Source: Edaphocola sp. (GTDB lineage: Bacteria; Bacteroidota; Bacteroidia; Chitinophagales; Chitinophagaceae). Taken from it: a stretch of DNA of 64,000 nucleotides. The position numbers were made by a program, and so were the translations under genes. Positions within the stretch are counted from its first letter, which is position 1. Each line of letters begins with the position of its first letter. Location: positions 486-64,485 of the forward strand of contig JASGFI010000001.1 of assembly GCA_047605615.1 (NCBI GenBank), written 5' to 3'. Below, in pieces: positions 43,731-52,198 of the stretch. Below the pieces are notes generated by a model. It made no database searches, had not been told where the DNA came from, and worked only from the letters and a program-made list of their open reading frames with translations.

Positions 43731-44340
43731 TTAAGGCTTGGTTACCGTTATGTTTACGAAGGATGCCGTACTGTTATCCGCAAAAATACCCCATTTGGTA
43801 TTACTTGCCTTATAGACCCGACTGCTTAAGGCTGCTTCATTGTTTACATAGACTACCAACATAGAATTTTCAATAACAATTTGAATATCGTAATTGGTAT
43901 TTGGTATTTGGATGCAACGCCATCGGTACATCGTTATACGCAACTGTTGTTGTTGTAAGCAACGAGCGATTGGTTTTGTCAAGGCTAAAACGGTTTTGTG
44001 AGGGTACAAAGCGAAGGCTGTAAAAATTTTCATAACCATCGCAAGCCCCTATCATGAAACCAAAGTCTTTATTGCAACTGCTGTACGATACCGTAGCATT
44101 TATTTTGTGACGGGCAAGATCAATCGGGTCATAAATAATATTCGTTACATCAAAATCGGCGGGGCTCGACAATTGATATGAAAGCCCGCCACTCAAAGCA
44201 GTTACACTGCCCCACTGGCTGTTTTGTACCGGCGTGTAGGTGTTTGTTTCCATTAAACTTTTCAATGTATGTGGTATGGCAACAGCGAGGTCGCCATTTA
44301 CCGCTCTCGCAAGTCTTGCGCGGCAGACTTGTGAGGATAA
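43731..44340 (-). pseudogene. 5'-truncated, frameshifted C-terminal part of a GH32-associated (DUF4975-like) gene
   Basis: Track ORFs 43870-44388 and 43731-44039 join into one frame when one copy of the tatttgg duplication at 43898-43911 is removed (..HPNTNYDIQIV..). Confidence 0.6.
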
Positions 44341-44497
44341 TTCTTGATTTTCTAAATTATCACTTGCATCATTTTTTTGTTTCTCCAAAAGTATATAATT
44401 TAATGGGATAAAATAAAATCCGAGGCTTGAAAATTCGGTACTGATTTAAAATGTATGCTATAATAATAGCAGCGAGGCATTACCTTTGTTGCTCGTT

Positions 44498-44584
44498 ATG
44501 AGCAAGATAACAATAAATTATCCTCACTGTCAGGGCATAAAGGTCAAAAAAAACGGCAAGAAACCGACAGGGAAACAAAATTTT
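44498..44584 (+). mobile_element. IS1-like InsA zinc-ribbon relic
   Basis: MSKITINYPHCQGIKVKKNGKKPTGKQNF resembles CPxC...KNG...GKQ; first Cys lost; no catalytic domain follows. Confidence 0.55.
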
Positions 44585-44862
44585 GGCATTGTTAAACTAA
44601 CGATACCTATACAGATATGTAGAGCCTACCTAAATTTATTTTTTCCTTATTTCCAACTTTGTAAACTTTTTAAAAGTTGACAAAGTTTCCGAAAAGGTAT
44701 CTCTGATTAACAATGCCAACTAAACAAGAAATAGTATTCAATAAAGAAGTTCTTCCAAGTGGGGAATCACCTACGATTTGTGATTTCAATTATGATTGTA
44801 TAATGGAAGTAGAAAATGAAAAATTAATCATTGCAAATATTCAATACATGTAATGTGTGTTG

Positions 44863-46779
44863 TCAATCCACATACTCCTCCAGCCACACTTCGGTAGTTA
44901 CCAATTGCCACAACTTGCCCAAGGTATAAAAATGCTGCGGGCCGTCCGTCCATTGCTTAATGGTCTTGTTGTCGAATATGCCCCTGCTCATCAGTTTCTT
45001 TAGGTGCTCGTCCATATAATTGCGGACGGCCGGCAATTGGTGCCACCATTCGTCTATGGGCAGGTTGAAGCCTTTTTTGGGCATTTCCAAACTGCTTTTG
45101 GGTATCAATCCGGCAGCGGCAGCCCGCAACAGCGGTTTGTTTTGAATGCCATTGTAACGGATGTTGGTGGGCAACCCGGCCACCCATTCCACCAAGGTAT
45201 GGTCCAGGTAGGGATAGCGCATTTCCACGCTGTGGCGCATGGCGCTCAGGTCATCGCGATATACGTGGTGCGAACCTACCGAATATTTCATTTCGTAATA
45301 GAACAATGCTTCGTAAATATCCTGAAACTGTTCTTCGTGCAAGGCTTCCATGGGTGAAAATGGCACGAATTTCTTTTTGTCTTCCGGCAACAATAGGTTA
45401 CTTATTTGGTACGGACGCATGGCGGTCCTGCCATTGTTGAAATACTTAAAATAGTTGTCCACGCCCAGGTGATGCCTCACTTTGTTAGGTATGTTGCCTA
45501 TGGGTGGTATTAAATGCCTGAAGGCTTGCAGGGGTTTAGTGCGCAGCCATTTGTCAATTTTAAGAAAATGTCCGTAGCCGCCAAACACTTCATCGGCACC
45601 ATTGCCCGACAGCAGTACCTTGTAGCCTTTTTTACCCAAAAATTCTGACGGACTAAGCATTGCTTCCACCGAAATGTAGGGTTCTTCGTAATGGCGAAAA
45701 TCGGCATCCATGCTGGACAACATTTGTTCGGGCTGCACCATTTGCACTATTTGTTCCATGCCCAGCTTTGCGGCCATGGCCTGCGCTTGCGGCAGTTCGT
45801 CCAAGCCCTTGCCGGTACCGTCTATGCCGAACGAATAGCATTTTAGTTGGTGGTTCAGCTCATGGCCGATGGCCGTAATGGTGGTGGAGTCTATGCCGCC
45901 GCTCATCATGGTAATGACCGGTACATCGGCCTGCAACTGCTGCTGCATGGACGTGTACATTCTATGCTTCAGCTCTTCGGCTGCATCTGCAAGCCGGTAT
46001 TGCGTGCTTTGCGCCCCCATTGGCACGTTCCAGTACTGTACCTTTTTGGTTTCGAGCGTGCCGAGGTCTATTTCCAAATAATGGCCCGCTTCCAAATTGT
46101 ACACATCCCGGAAACAAGTATGCGGCGCCGGCGACGACTGCATGTAGTAGTTGGCCCAAAGTCCCTGCTTGTTTACCGAGGCTTCCGCCCATTCGGCTTT
46201 CAGTATGGCTTTCATTTCCGAAGCCCAGGTTATGGTGTGTGCCGCTTGGTGATAAAACAAAGGTTTAATGCCTATCCTGTCGCGCACCAACCATACTTTG
46301 TTGGCCACGCCGTCGTAAATGGAGATGGCAAACATGCCGTTCAATCGCTGCAATATCCCCTTGCCCCAACACTCGTAACCCCTAAGTATTACCTCGGTAT
46401 CGGTATGGCTGTTGAATTGATAGCCCAACTGTTCCAACTCTTGTTTTATGGAGCGGTAATTGTATATCTGGCCGTTGAAAGTAAGGCTTAGTTTCTTTTC
46501 GGCATTGGTCATGGGTTGGTGGCCGGCGGCGCTGAGGTCTATGATTGCCAACCTCCTGAAACCTTGCGCAAAACCAACCTTCAAATCGGGTGGCAATAAG
46601 GGTATTTTGTCTTTTACGCTTGCCACGGTATCGGTGCCCGCATAGCTTGCCGCCCCGTTGGACACGCAAAAATAGCCCTCGTCGTCGGGGCCGCGGTGCT
46701 TTATGGCATCATTCATCATTTGTATATTGCCAGCGGCTATATCGCCACGCTTGGTTACAAATCCGCAAATGCCGCACAT
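44863..46779 (-). CDS. asnB: Asparagine synthase (glutamine-hydrolysing) family amidotransferase
   Basis: MCGICG, HRGPD, RLAIIDL, SGGIDS, SGNGADEVFGGY, E.RYPYLD. Confidence 0.95.
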   Translation of the reverse strand: MCGICGFVTKRGDIAAGNIQMMNDAIKHRGPDDEGYFCVSNGAASYAGTDTVASVKDKIPLLPPDLKVGFAQGFRRLAIIDLSAAGHQPMTNAEKKLSLTFNGQIYNYRSIKQELEQLGYQFNSHTDTEVILRGYECWGKGILQRLNGMFAISIYDGVANKVWLVRDRIGIKPLFYHQAAHTITWASEMKAILKAEWAEASVNKQGLWANYYMQSSPAPHTCFRDVYNLEAGHYLEIDLGTLETKKVQYWNVPMGAQSTQYRLADAAEELKHRMYTSMQQQLQADVPVITMMSGGIDSTTITAIGHELNHQLKCYSFGIDGTGKGLDELPQAQAMAAKLGMEQIVQMVQPEQMLSSMDADFRHYEEPYISVEAMLSPSEFLGKKGYKVLLSGNGADEVFGGYGHFLKIDKWLRTKPLQAFRHLIPPIGNIPNKVRHHLGVDNYFKYFNNGRTAMRPYQISNLLLPEDKKKFVPFSPMEALHEEQFQDIYEALFYYEMKYSVGSHHVYRDDLSAMRHSVEMRYPYLDHTLVEWVAGLPTNIRYNGIQNKPLLRAAAAGLIPKSSLEMPKKGFNLPIDEWWHQLPAVRNYMDEHLKKLMSRGIFDNKTIKQWTDGPQHFYTLGKLWQLVTTEVWLEEYVD

Positions 46780-46834
46780 CTATTTTACAGTTTTCTTTAT
46801 TGAGATTTTTTTCGGTAAACTTTTTGTTTCACTA

Positions 46835-47707
46835 TCATTTTTCAATCACCAACACCAGCCTCATGGCCCTTTTGCGGAAAATGGACAAAAATATTTTATC
46901 GACCATGGACCATAGGCCGAAGGGGAACGATTTCATCAAAAGATGCAACTGCAAATTTACCAAAACCTTGCTGTTGAAGATGCCCGTTACTTTACTGCGT
47001 ACAAAATGGGGGGCCAATGCCGCTATTTTTTCTTGGGTAAAAGAATGGATATGCGCATTGTGCGGGGTAGGCTTGTTGCAATGAATGCACAAGGAATGTT
47101 GAATAGCTTCGTTGAAAGGCGTAGTGACAATCAAGGTGCCTCCCGGCTTCAAAGCCTTTACCAGCGCGGCTACGAACAATTCCGGGTCTTGTACGTGTTC
47201 TATTATTTCCGAAGCAACTATACAATCTATGCTGCCTTCTTTTATGGGTAGATGAAACACGTCGGCCACCAAGCCATAGTGATTGGCCGAGGGTACTATT
47301 TTTTGCGCCCTCACGGGATTGGTAGTGGAAATGTCCATGGAAATAACCGATTTCCCTTTTGGAATCATTGCCTTGGCCAGCCATGCGCCGCCACAACCCA
47401 CATCCAGCACCAATTGCGCATTGCCGGGAACCTTGCGGAGGATTTGTTGGTGCAGCCTCCTGTTTTCTTCCTTATGGACGGGGTGCCAATCTTCAAAATA
47501 GTCGAACGACTTGGCATCTTGCTCGTAATGCTCCCGATAGTCGAAACCGGTAGCGGCCAATGCTGCGTTGGGGGGCAACAGTACGGGCACGCCCCCGATG
47601 GTGTCGAACGAATCTCCGGCACCTACCCAAGATTTATGTTCGGGCAGATAGGTTAAACCTTCGCCCGTCAAAGGATGCGCCAGTATATGGGTTAAAATAT
47701 TGCTCAT
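46835..47707 (-). CDS. Class I SAM-dependent methyltransferase with Trm112-like N-terminus
   Basis: VLDVGCGGAW, SEIIEHV, LKPGG; N-terminal HPLTGEGL...GGVPVLLP. Confidence 0.88.
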   Translation of the reverse strand: MSNILTHILAHPLTGEGLTYLPEHKSWVGAGDSFDTIGGVPVLLPPNAALAATGFDYREHYEQDAKSFDYFEDWHPVHKEENRRLHQQILRKVPGNAQLVLDVGCGGAWLAKAMIPKGKSVISMDISTTNPVRAQKIVPSANHYGLVADVFHLPIKEGSIDCIVASEIIEHVQDPELFVAALVKALKPGGTLIVTTPFNEAIQHSLCIHCNKPTPHNAHIHSFTQEKIAALAPHFVRSKVTGIFNSKVLVNLQLHLLMKSFPFGLWSMVDKIFLSIFRKRAMRLVLVIEK

Positions 47708-47725
47708 GTACCCGAATGCCAAAAA

Positions 47726-48202
47726 TTAAAGATTTTTTGCCCGCAGAACCGATACGCCGCCACAGGCCACCCCGCCACCTTTTATTTTCTGCGACAGTAC
47801 TACCATGAAAATGCCGGAATAAGGAGGGGCAAAGCTTTGGGAGAACTTATTGGAGCCGCCTTTTTTGCTTTTCACCGTTTTGTTGACCAATTCCTTCTTG
47901 TCCTTGTCGATGATGGTGACGTTGAATTGGTGAAATTGCTGCGGCACCACAAAATTTATTTCATAGGATCTGCCCTGTTCCATGTTCATGCTAATGGGGA
48001 AATAGGCACCGCTGGGCATCATCATGGTCTGGAATTGCAACAACTCAAAGCCCCGTTGCTGGAACGAAGAGCTTAAAGCCATTATCTCGGTGCCTACTTC
48101 GGAGTTGTTGCATGGCTGCAAAACCGGGGCTTTGGATTGGGAAAATGTACTGCCGTAAATCAGCAGTGCGGCACATAAGGCTAAAAATTTCTTTGTAGTC
48201 AT
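47726..48202 (-). CDS. Hypothetical exported protein
   Basis: MTTKKFLALCAALL signal peptide; co-oriented with the methyltransferase and asnB. Confidence 0.75.
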   Translation of the reverse strand: MTTKKFLALCAALLIYGSTFSQSKAPVLQPCNNSEVGTEIMALSSSFQQRGFELLQFQTMMMPSGAYFPISMNMEQGRSYEINFVVPQQFHQFNVTIIDKDKKELVNKTVKSKKGGSNKFSQSFAPPYSGIFMVVLSQKIKGGGVACGGVSVLRAKNL

Positions 48203-48417
48203 ACTTCTTCTGAATAGCGGTATTCAAATCCGTGCGAAAGTAGCCAAAATAATCTTTCCGCTTGGGTGCCGGGTTTTTGGGGTGCATTTAAAATTCTCAT
48301 TTTATACTGCACGCCGGATAATTTTGTGCAATAAATTCCGCACAAGGGCGCAAAGGGACTAAGACACAAAGGTATTTGATTGCACATTTTTATGCGGCGT
48401 AGAGTATAATACACCGT

Positions 48418-48443
48418 GTCATTGCGAGGCACGAAGCAATCTC
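48418..48443. repeat. Half copy of a GTCATTGCGAG...GAAGCAATCT palindromic repeat
   Basis: gtcattgcgaggcacgaagcaatctc without its inverted arm. Confidence 0.45.
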
Positions 48444-48818
48444 AAAGTAATGGTTACTATAGCATCGAACGGTTGCGCCTTTGGGTATGGTGGAGCAGGA
48501 GGGTAAACTTGTCATAAGCAACGCTGTTGGCAGGACACAAATATTGTTCTTCTTGTTTTTTTGTCTTTAAAAAATTGAGCGGATGTATGGCATAACGCCA
48601 AAAGGTTCGGGCTTTGCGTTCGTGGCGGTATAACCTTGACCGAAACGCCATAACGTTCAATTTGCACAAAGGTTCAATCGGTATTATTTGAATGGAACTA
48701 CAAACCACCTTTTTTGTACATTTGGACGTTGGTGGCAACCACCAACATCGCATGTACAATATTCTGGCCGATTGGCTTCGTATCGACGGCAATGGAAAAT
48801 TCGGCTTTCGTTCTTCGT

Positions 48819-50774
48819 ATGAACTTTAGTGCTAAAAATCCGGTGCGGCATCTGTGCACCGCCCGCCTTATTTTGGTTTTACTGGTTTGTTGCACGGCTA
48901 TGGCGGCGCGGGCGCAGGAAGTTTCGTCCCATGCCCAAACGCTGTACCGGCGGGCACTGGAATACCAGGGCAAACACGAATTGGACAAGGCCGAAAAATT
49001 TTTCAGGAAAAGTATGGCTGCCGACGAAACCCACATGGAGGCATATTTGGCCCTTGGCCAATTGTACAACGACCAATGTAAATATGCCGCCGCCGCCGAT
49101 GTTTTTGGCAAGGCTGCCGGGGCCTGTACAACGTGCATGGCTTCGTTTGGGCTGCAGGTGGCGCAGGCATTGGTGCGTGTGGGCGATTATGCCAAAGCGG
49201 GGCAGGCACTGGGGGCTTGGGCGGCAGGGCAGAAGGGCAATGCCGCAGCCACTTCGGTGGAATACAAGAGGCTTTTGCGCAATATGCAATTTGCCAGGTA
49301 TGCGCTTAACCTGCCACCTACCGACACCCCCGTAAACCTGGGGGCGCGCATCAACACGCAGTATGACGAGTATTTTCCCTCTATCAGTCGCGACGACAGC
49401 ACTTTGGTGTTTACCCATAGGACAAATGGCGTGGACGAAGATTTTTATGAAGCACATAGGGACAGTTGCGGCGGCTGGTTCGTAGCCCGCGACATGGGCA
49501 GCCCGCCCAATTCCACCCTGCACGAGGGTGCCCAAATGGTTTCGGCCGATGGGCATTATTTGTTTTTTATGCGTTGCGGCAACAGGAGCGAGAACGGATG
49601 GGATGCCGGTGGCTGCGATTTGTTTTTTTCCTGCACCGAACCCGATGGCTGGTCGGTGGCGGTACCCTTTGGCGGCACTATCAATTCGCCGGGCTTCGAG
49701 GGTATGCCCAGCCTTTCGAGCGACAACAGGGTATTGTATTTTTCGAGCGACAGGGAGGGCGGTTATGGCGGGAAGGATATTTGGTTCAGCCGCTTTCAGG
49801 ACGGATTGTGGCAGGTGCCGGAGAATGTAGGCCCGGAAATAAATACCGATGGCGACGAAACGGCTCCGGTAATTGCCGCCGACAACAGTACCCTTTATTT
49901 CACCTCAAACGGCCATGCCGGTTTGGGTGGCAACGATTTGTTTCTAAGCAGAAAAAAGAACCAACATTGGTCCAAGCCCGAAAATTTGGGTTATCCATGC
50001 AACTCTTCCTGCGAGGATGTAAGTATATGCGTAAGCCCCGATGGCCATAAAGCCTACTTCGCTTCCGATAGGGCCGGTGGCCTGGGAGCCATGGATTTGT
50101 ACGAGGTAAGCCTTTCGGGAAACAACAGGCCGCGGCCTTACACTTTTGTATATGGCAAGGTATATGACAGCCTTAGCCTGCAACTGCTCGACTATGCGCA
50201 AATCGAATGGAACGATGCCGCAACAGGCCAAGCGGTGTTTAGGTTCCAAAGCAACAGGGGCGATGCTTCCTACGATGCGGCCATTCCGCTAAATACTACC
50301 TATGCCATTCATGTGTACAGGCCGGGCTATGCCGATTATTTCGATACGGTGACATTTGCCGAAAGCCACATAGCGCACCCCGACACGCTTAATTTTTCCT
50401 TGCTTACCAGCGACTACAGCCCGCCATTGTACGATACCTTGCTGGTGCGTTTCGATAATTATGAAAAGAACAGCGTAGGGCTAAGCGACAGTGCCTTAAA
50501 ACTGTTGAAAAACATGGTTGCCCCATACCTGCGGCAGCCCTTGGCCGAATATTACGTCAACGGCTTTACCGATGATACGGGTACGCCCTTCATCAATGAA
50601 GAATTGTCCTTCGGAAGGTCGAGGTACGTGGCCGGTATATTGCGTGGCTGCGGCATTGCCGACGAAAAAATACACATACAGGGCTGGGCCGATGCCAATC
50701 CTTTGTACCCCAACGACAGCGACGAACACCGGCGTTTGAACAGAAGGGTAGAGGTTACGGTTAGGCGGCCTTAG
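48819..50774 (+). CDS. OmpA-family protein with TPR and PD40 propeller (PorE-like architecture)
   Basis: TPR N-terminus, repeated PxxSxDG/NLG..INT PD40 units, C-terminal GFTDD...LSFGRS...NRRVE. Confidence 0.9.
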   Translation: MNFSAKNPVRHLCTARLILVLLVCCTAMAARAQEVSSHAQTLYRRALEYQGKHELDKAEKFFRKSMAADETHMEAYLALGQLYNDQCKYAAAADVFGKAAGACTTCMASFGLQVAQALVRVGDYAKAGQALGAWAAGQKGNAAATSVEYKRLLRNMQFARYALNLPPTDTPVNLGARINTQYDEYFPSISRDDSTLVFTHRTNGVDEDFYEAHRDSCGGWFVARDMGSPPNSTLHEGAQMVSADGHYLFFMRCGNRSENGWDAGGCDLFFSCTEPDGWSVAVPFGGTINSPGFEGMPSLSSDNRVLYFSSDREGGYGGKDIWFSRFQDGLWQVPENVGPEINTDGDETAPVIAADNSTLYFTSNGHAGLGGNDLFLSRKKNQHWSKPENLGYPCNSSCEDVSICVSPDGHKAYFASDRAGGLGAMDLYEVSLSGNNRPRPYTFVYGKVYDSLSLQLLDYAQIEWNDAATGQAVFRFQSNRGDASYDAAIPLNTTYAIHVYRPGYADYFDTVTFAESHIAHPDTLNFSLLTSDYSPPLYDTLLVRFDNYEKNSVGLSDSALKLLKNMVAPYLRQPLAEYYVNGFTDDTGTPFINEELSFGRSRYVAGILRGCGIADEKIHIQGWADANPLYPNDSDEHRRLNRRVEVTVRRP

Positions 50775-50937
50775 ATGCTGTCTAAAACCATTTCAATGGT
50801 TAGTATGTGCTGCTTTTTGGCTGCAACATTGTTAGATTTTTCGCCTTAGGCGTTGGACTATGGCTGCAAAACCTGCCTTGTTTCGCTCAAAAATCATCTA
50901 CATATTATACCATCAAATAATCTTAGACAGCTTCTTA
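50772..50937. mobile_element. MITE-like element, copy 2 (166 bp)
   Basis: TIRs agatgctgtctaa/ttagacagcttct; near-identical inverted copy at 61015-61282; ends coincide with both flanking stop codons. Confidence 0.85.
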
Positions 50938-51273
50938 GCCCTTGGTATTTTTGTAGCCCCATTCTTTCAACCAGGCAATTATTTTTTCCCTGTAATCGCC
51001 CTGAATCAGTATTTCGGCATCTTTGGCCGTGCCGCCCGTGCCGCATTTCGTTTTTAATTTTTTTGCCAAATCCTGAAGGTCGCCATCATTTCCTTCAAAC
51101 CCTAAAATGGCCGTAACCGTCTTGCCCGCACGGTGTTTCTTCTCTATCCGCACCACCAATTTTTGTTCTGCCGGGGGCCATGTTCCCACACTTTCGGGTT
51201 CGGGCGGCCGCAGGGCATCCGGGTTGGTAGAAAAGACTAAACCGCTAAGGGAGTTGAACTTTTTTTGTGCCAT
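50935..51273 (-). CDS. Translation initiation factor SUI1/YciH
   Basis: KKHRAGKTVT, LKTKCGTGGTAKD, IQGD. Confidence 0.95.
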   Translation of the reverse strand: MAQKKFNSLSGLVFSTNPDALRPPEPESVGTWPPAEQKLVVRIEKKHRAGKTVTAILGFEGNDGDLQDLAKKLKTKCGTGGTAKDAEILIQGDYREKIIAWLKEWGYKNTKG

Positions 51274-51297
51274 GACAAACTTGGTTTTTACAAGGGG

Positions 51298-51837
51298 TTA
51301 AAAGGGGCTTTCAAAATCCTTCAAGGCCACAAACGATTGGTCGCGGACGGAAACTATGGGCGCGGGGCAATACCAATCTACCCCTATGCTGCTGTACAAA
51401 ATGCCGCAATCGTGTTCTTTGCTGTGTTCGGAAGATACCAGGTAATAGGTCATGGCTCCATCAGCCATCGACTTGAAGCCGTGCGCAAACCCCTTGGGGA
51501 TATAAAAAGCCTTGTGGTTTTCGGCAGATAAAATCGTGTGGTACGCCTGTCCGTAGGTGCCGCTTCCTTTCCTTAAATCCACTATCACGTCCAATATGGC
51601 GCCCAAGGGGCAAAAAACAATCTTGGCATGGTCGTGCGGCGGCGTTTGAAAGTGCATGCCCCTTATCGCGTCCCTCGCGCTTAAGGAAAAATAGCTTTCT
51701 TTAAGGTCAAAATCGATGCCCGCTTTTTCCAAGACAGACCCTTGAAAAGTTTTGACGAAACTGCCACGCACATCCTCGAAACAAGGGAGGGTCAACAAAC
51801 AGGCACCCGCCAAGGGCAATTCTTCTACCTGGAACAT
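51298..51837 (-). CDS. rfbC: dTDP-4-dehydrorhamnose 3,5-epimerase family protein
   Basis: FEDVRGSF, RGMHFQ, DVIVDLR, GFAHGF. Confidence 0.92.
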   Translation of the reverse strand: MFQVEELPLAGACLLTLPCFEDVRGSFVKTFQGSVLEKAGIDFDLKESYFSLSARDAIRGMHFQTPPHDHAKIVFCPLGAILDVIVDLRKGSGTYGQAYHTILSAENHKAFYIPKGFAHGFKSMADGAMTYYLVSSEHSKEHDCGILYSSIGVDWYCPAPIVSVRDQSFVALKDFESPF

Positions 51838-51888
51838 TTATTCGTATTTTTTTCGTGGCACGAAGGTAAAAAATATTAACCCAACAGC

Positions 51889-51983
51889 ATATTCCTCGTT
51901 GTTTATGGCTAATTCTTTGCTCATTCTATCCGAATTTCATCAAGTTCTTCCATCAGTTTGTCCGTTTCCGAAAGTGCAACGAT
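51889..51983 (-). pseudogene. Relic gene junction: restriction-modification enzyme C-terminus overlapping a DUF1016-like start
   Basis: IVALSETDKLMEELDEIRIE* with ATGA overlap into MSKELAINNEEY. Confidence 0.4.
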
Positions 51984-52198
51984 TAGGCGCAAATCAGAAG
52001 TTGGCTTTTTCTGTCGGTGCGTGGGCAAGAAACGGTTCTTGCGGCTTTTGCGAAGCATCGTGAAAAAACAAAATGCCCGATGGATTGCAGCCAAAGAGAA
52101 GGCAATGACACCTCCCTCGATGGGGCGTTTTATTCATGTCATTATTGCCGCTATGGATTGTTCCATTTTCCTAATTTACGTGTTAACTTTGCGCCCTC

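Noticed and set aside
44863-46779. Lasso-peptide cyclase reading of asnB
   Set aside because: It retains the full N-terminal Cys glutaminase domain, and no precursor, B protein or RRE is nearby.
48457-48792. Track ORF of 111 aa (-)
   Set aside because: No recognisable family; overlaps the upstream region of the OmpA-family gene.
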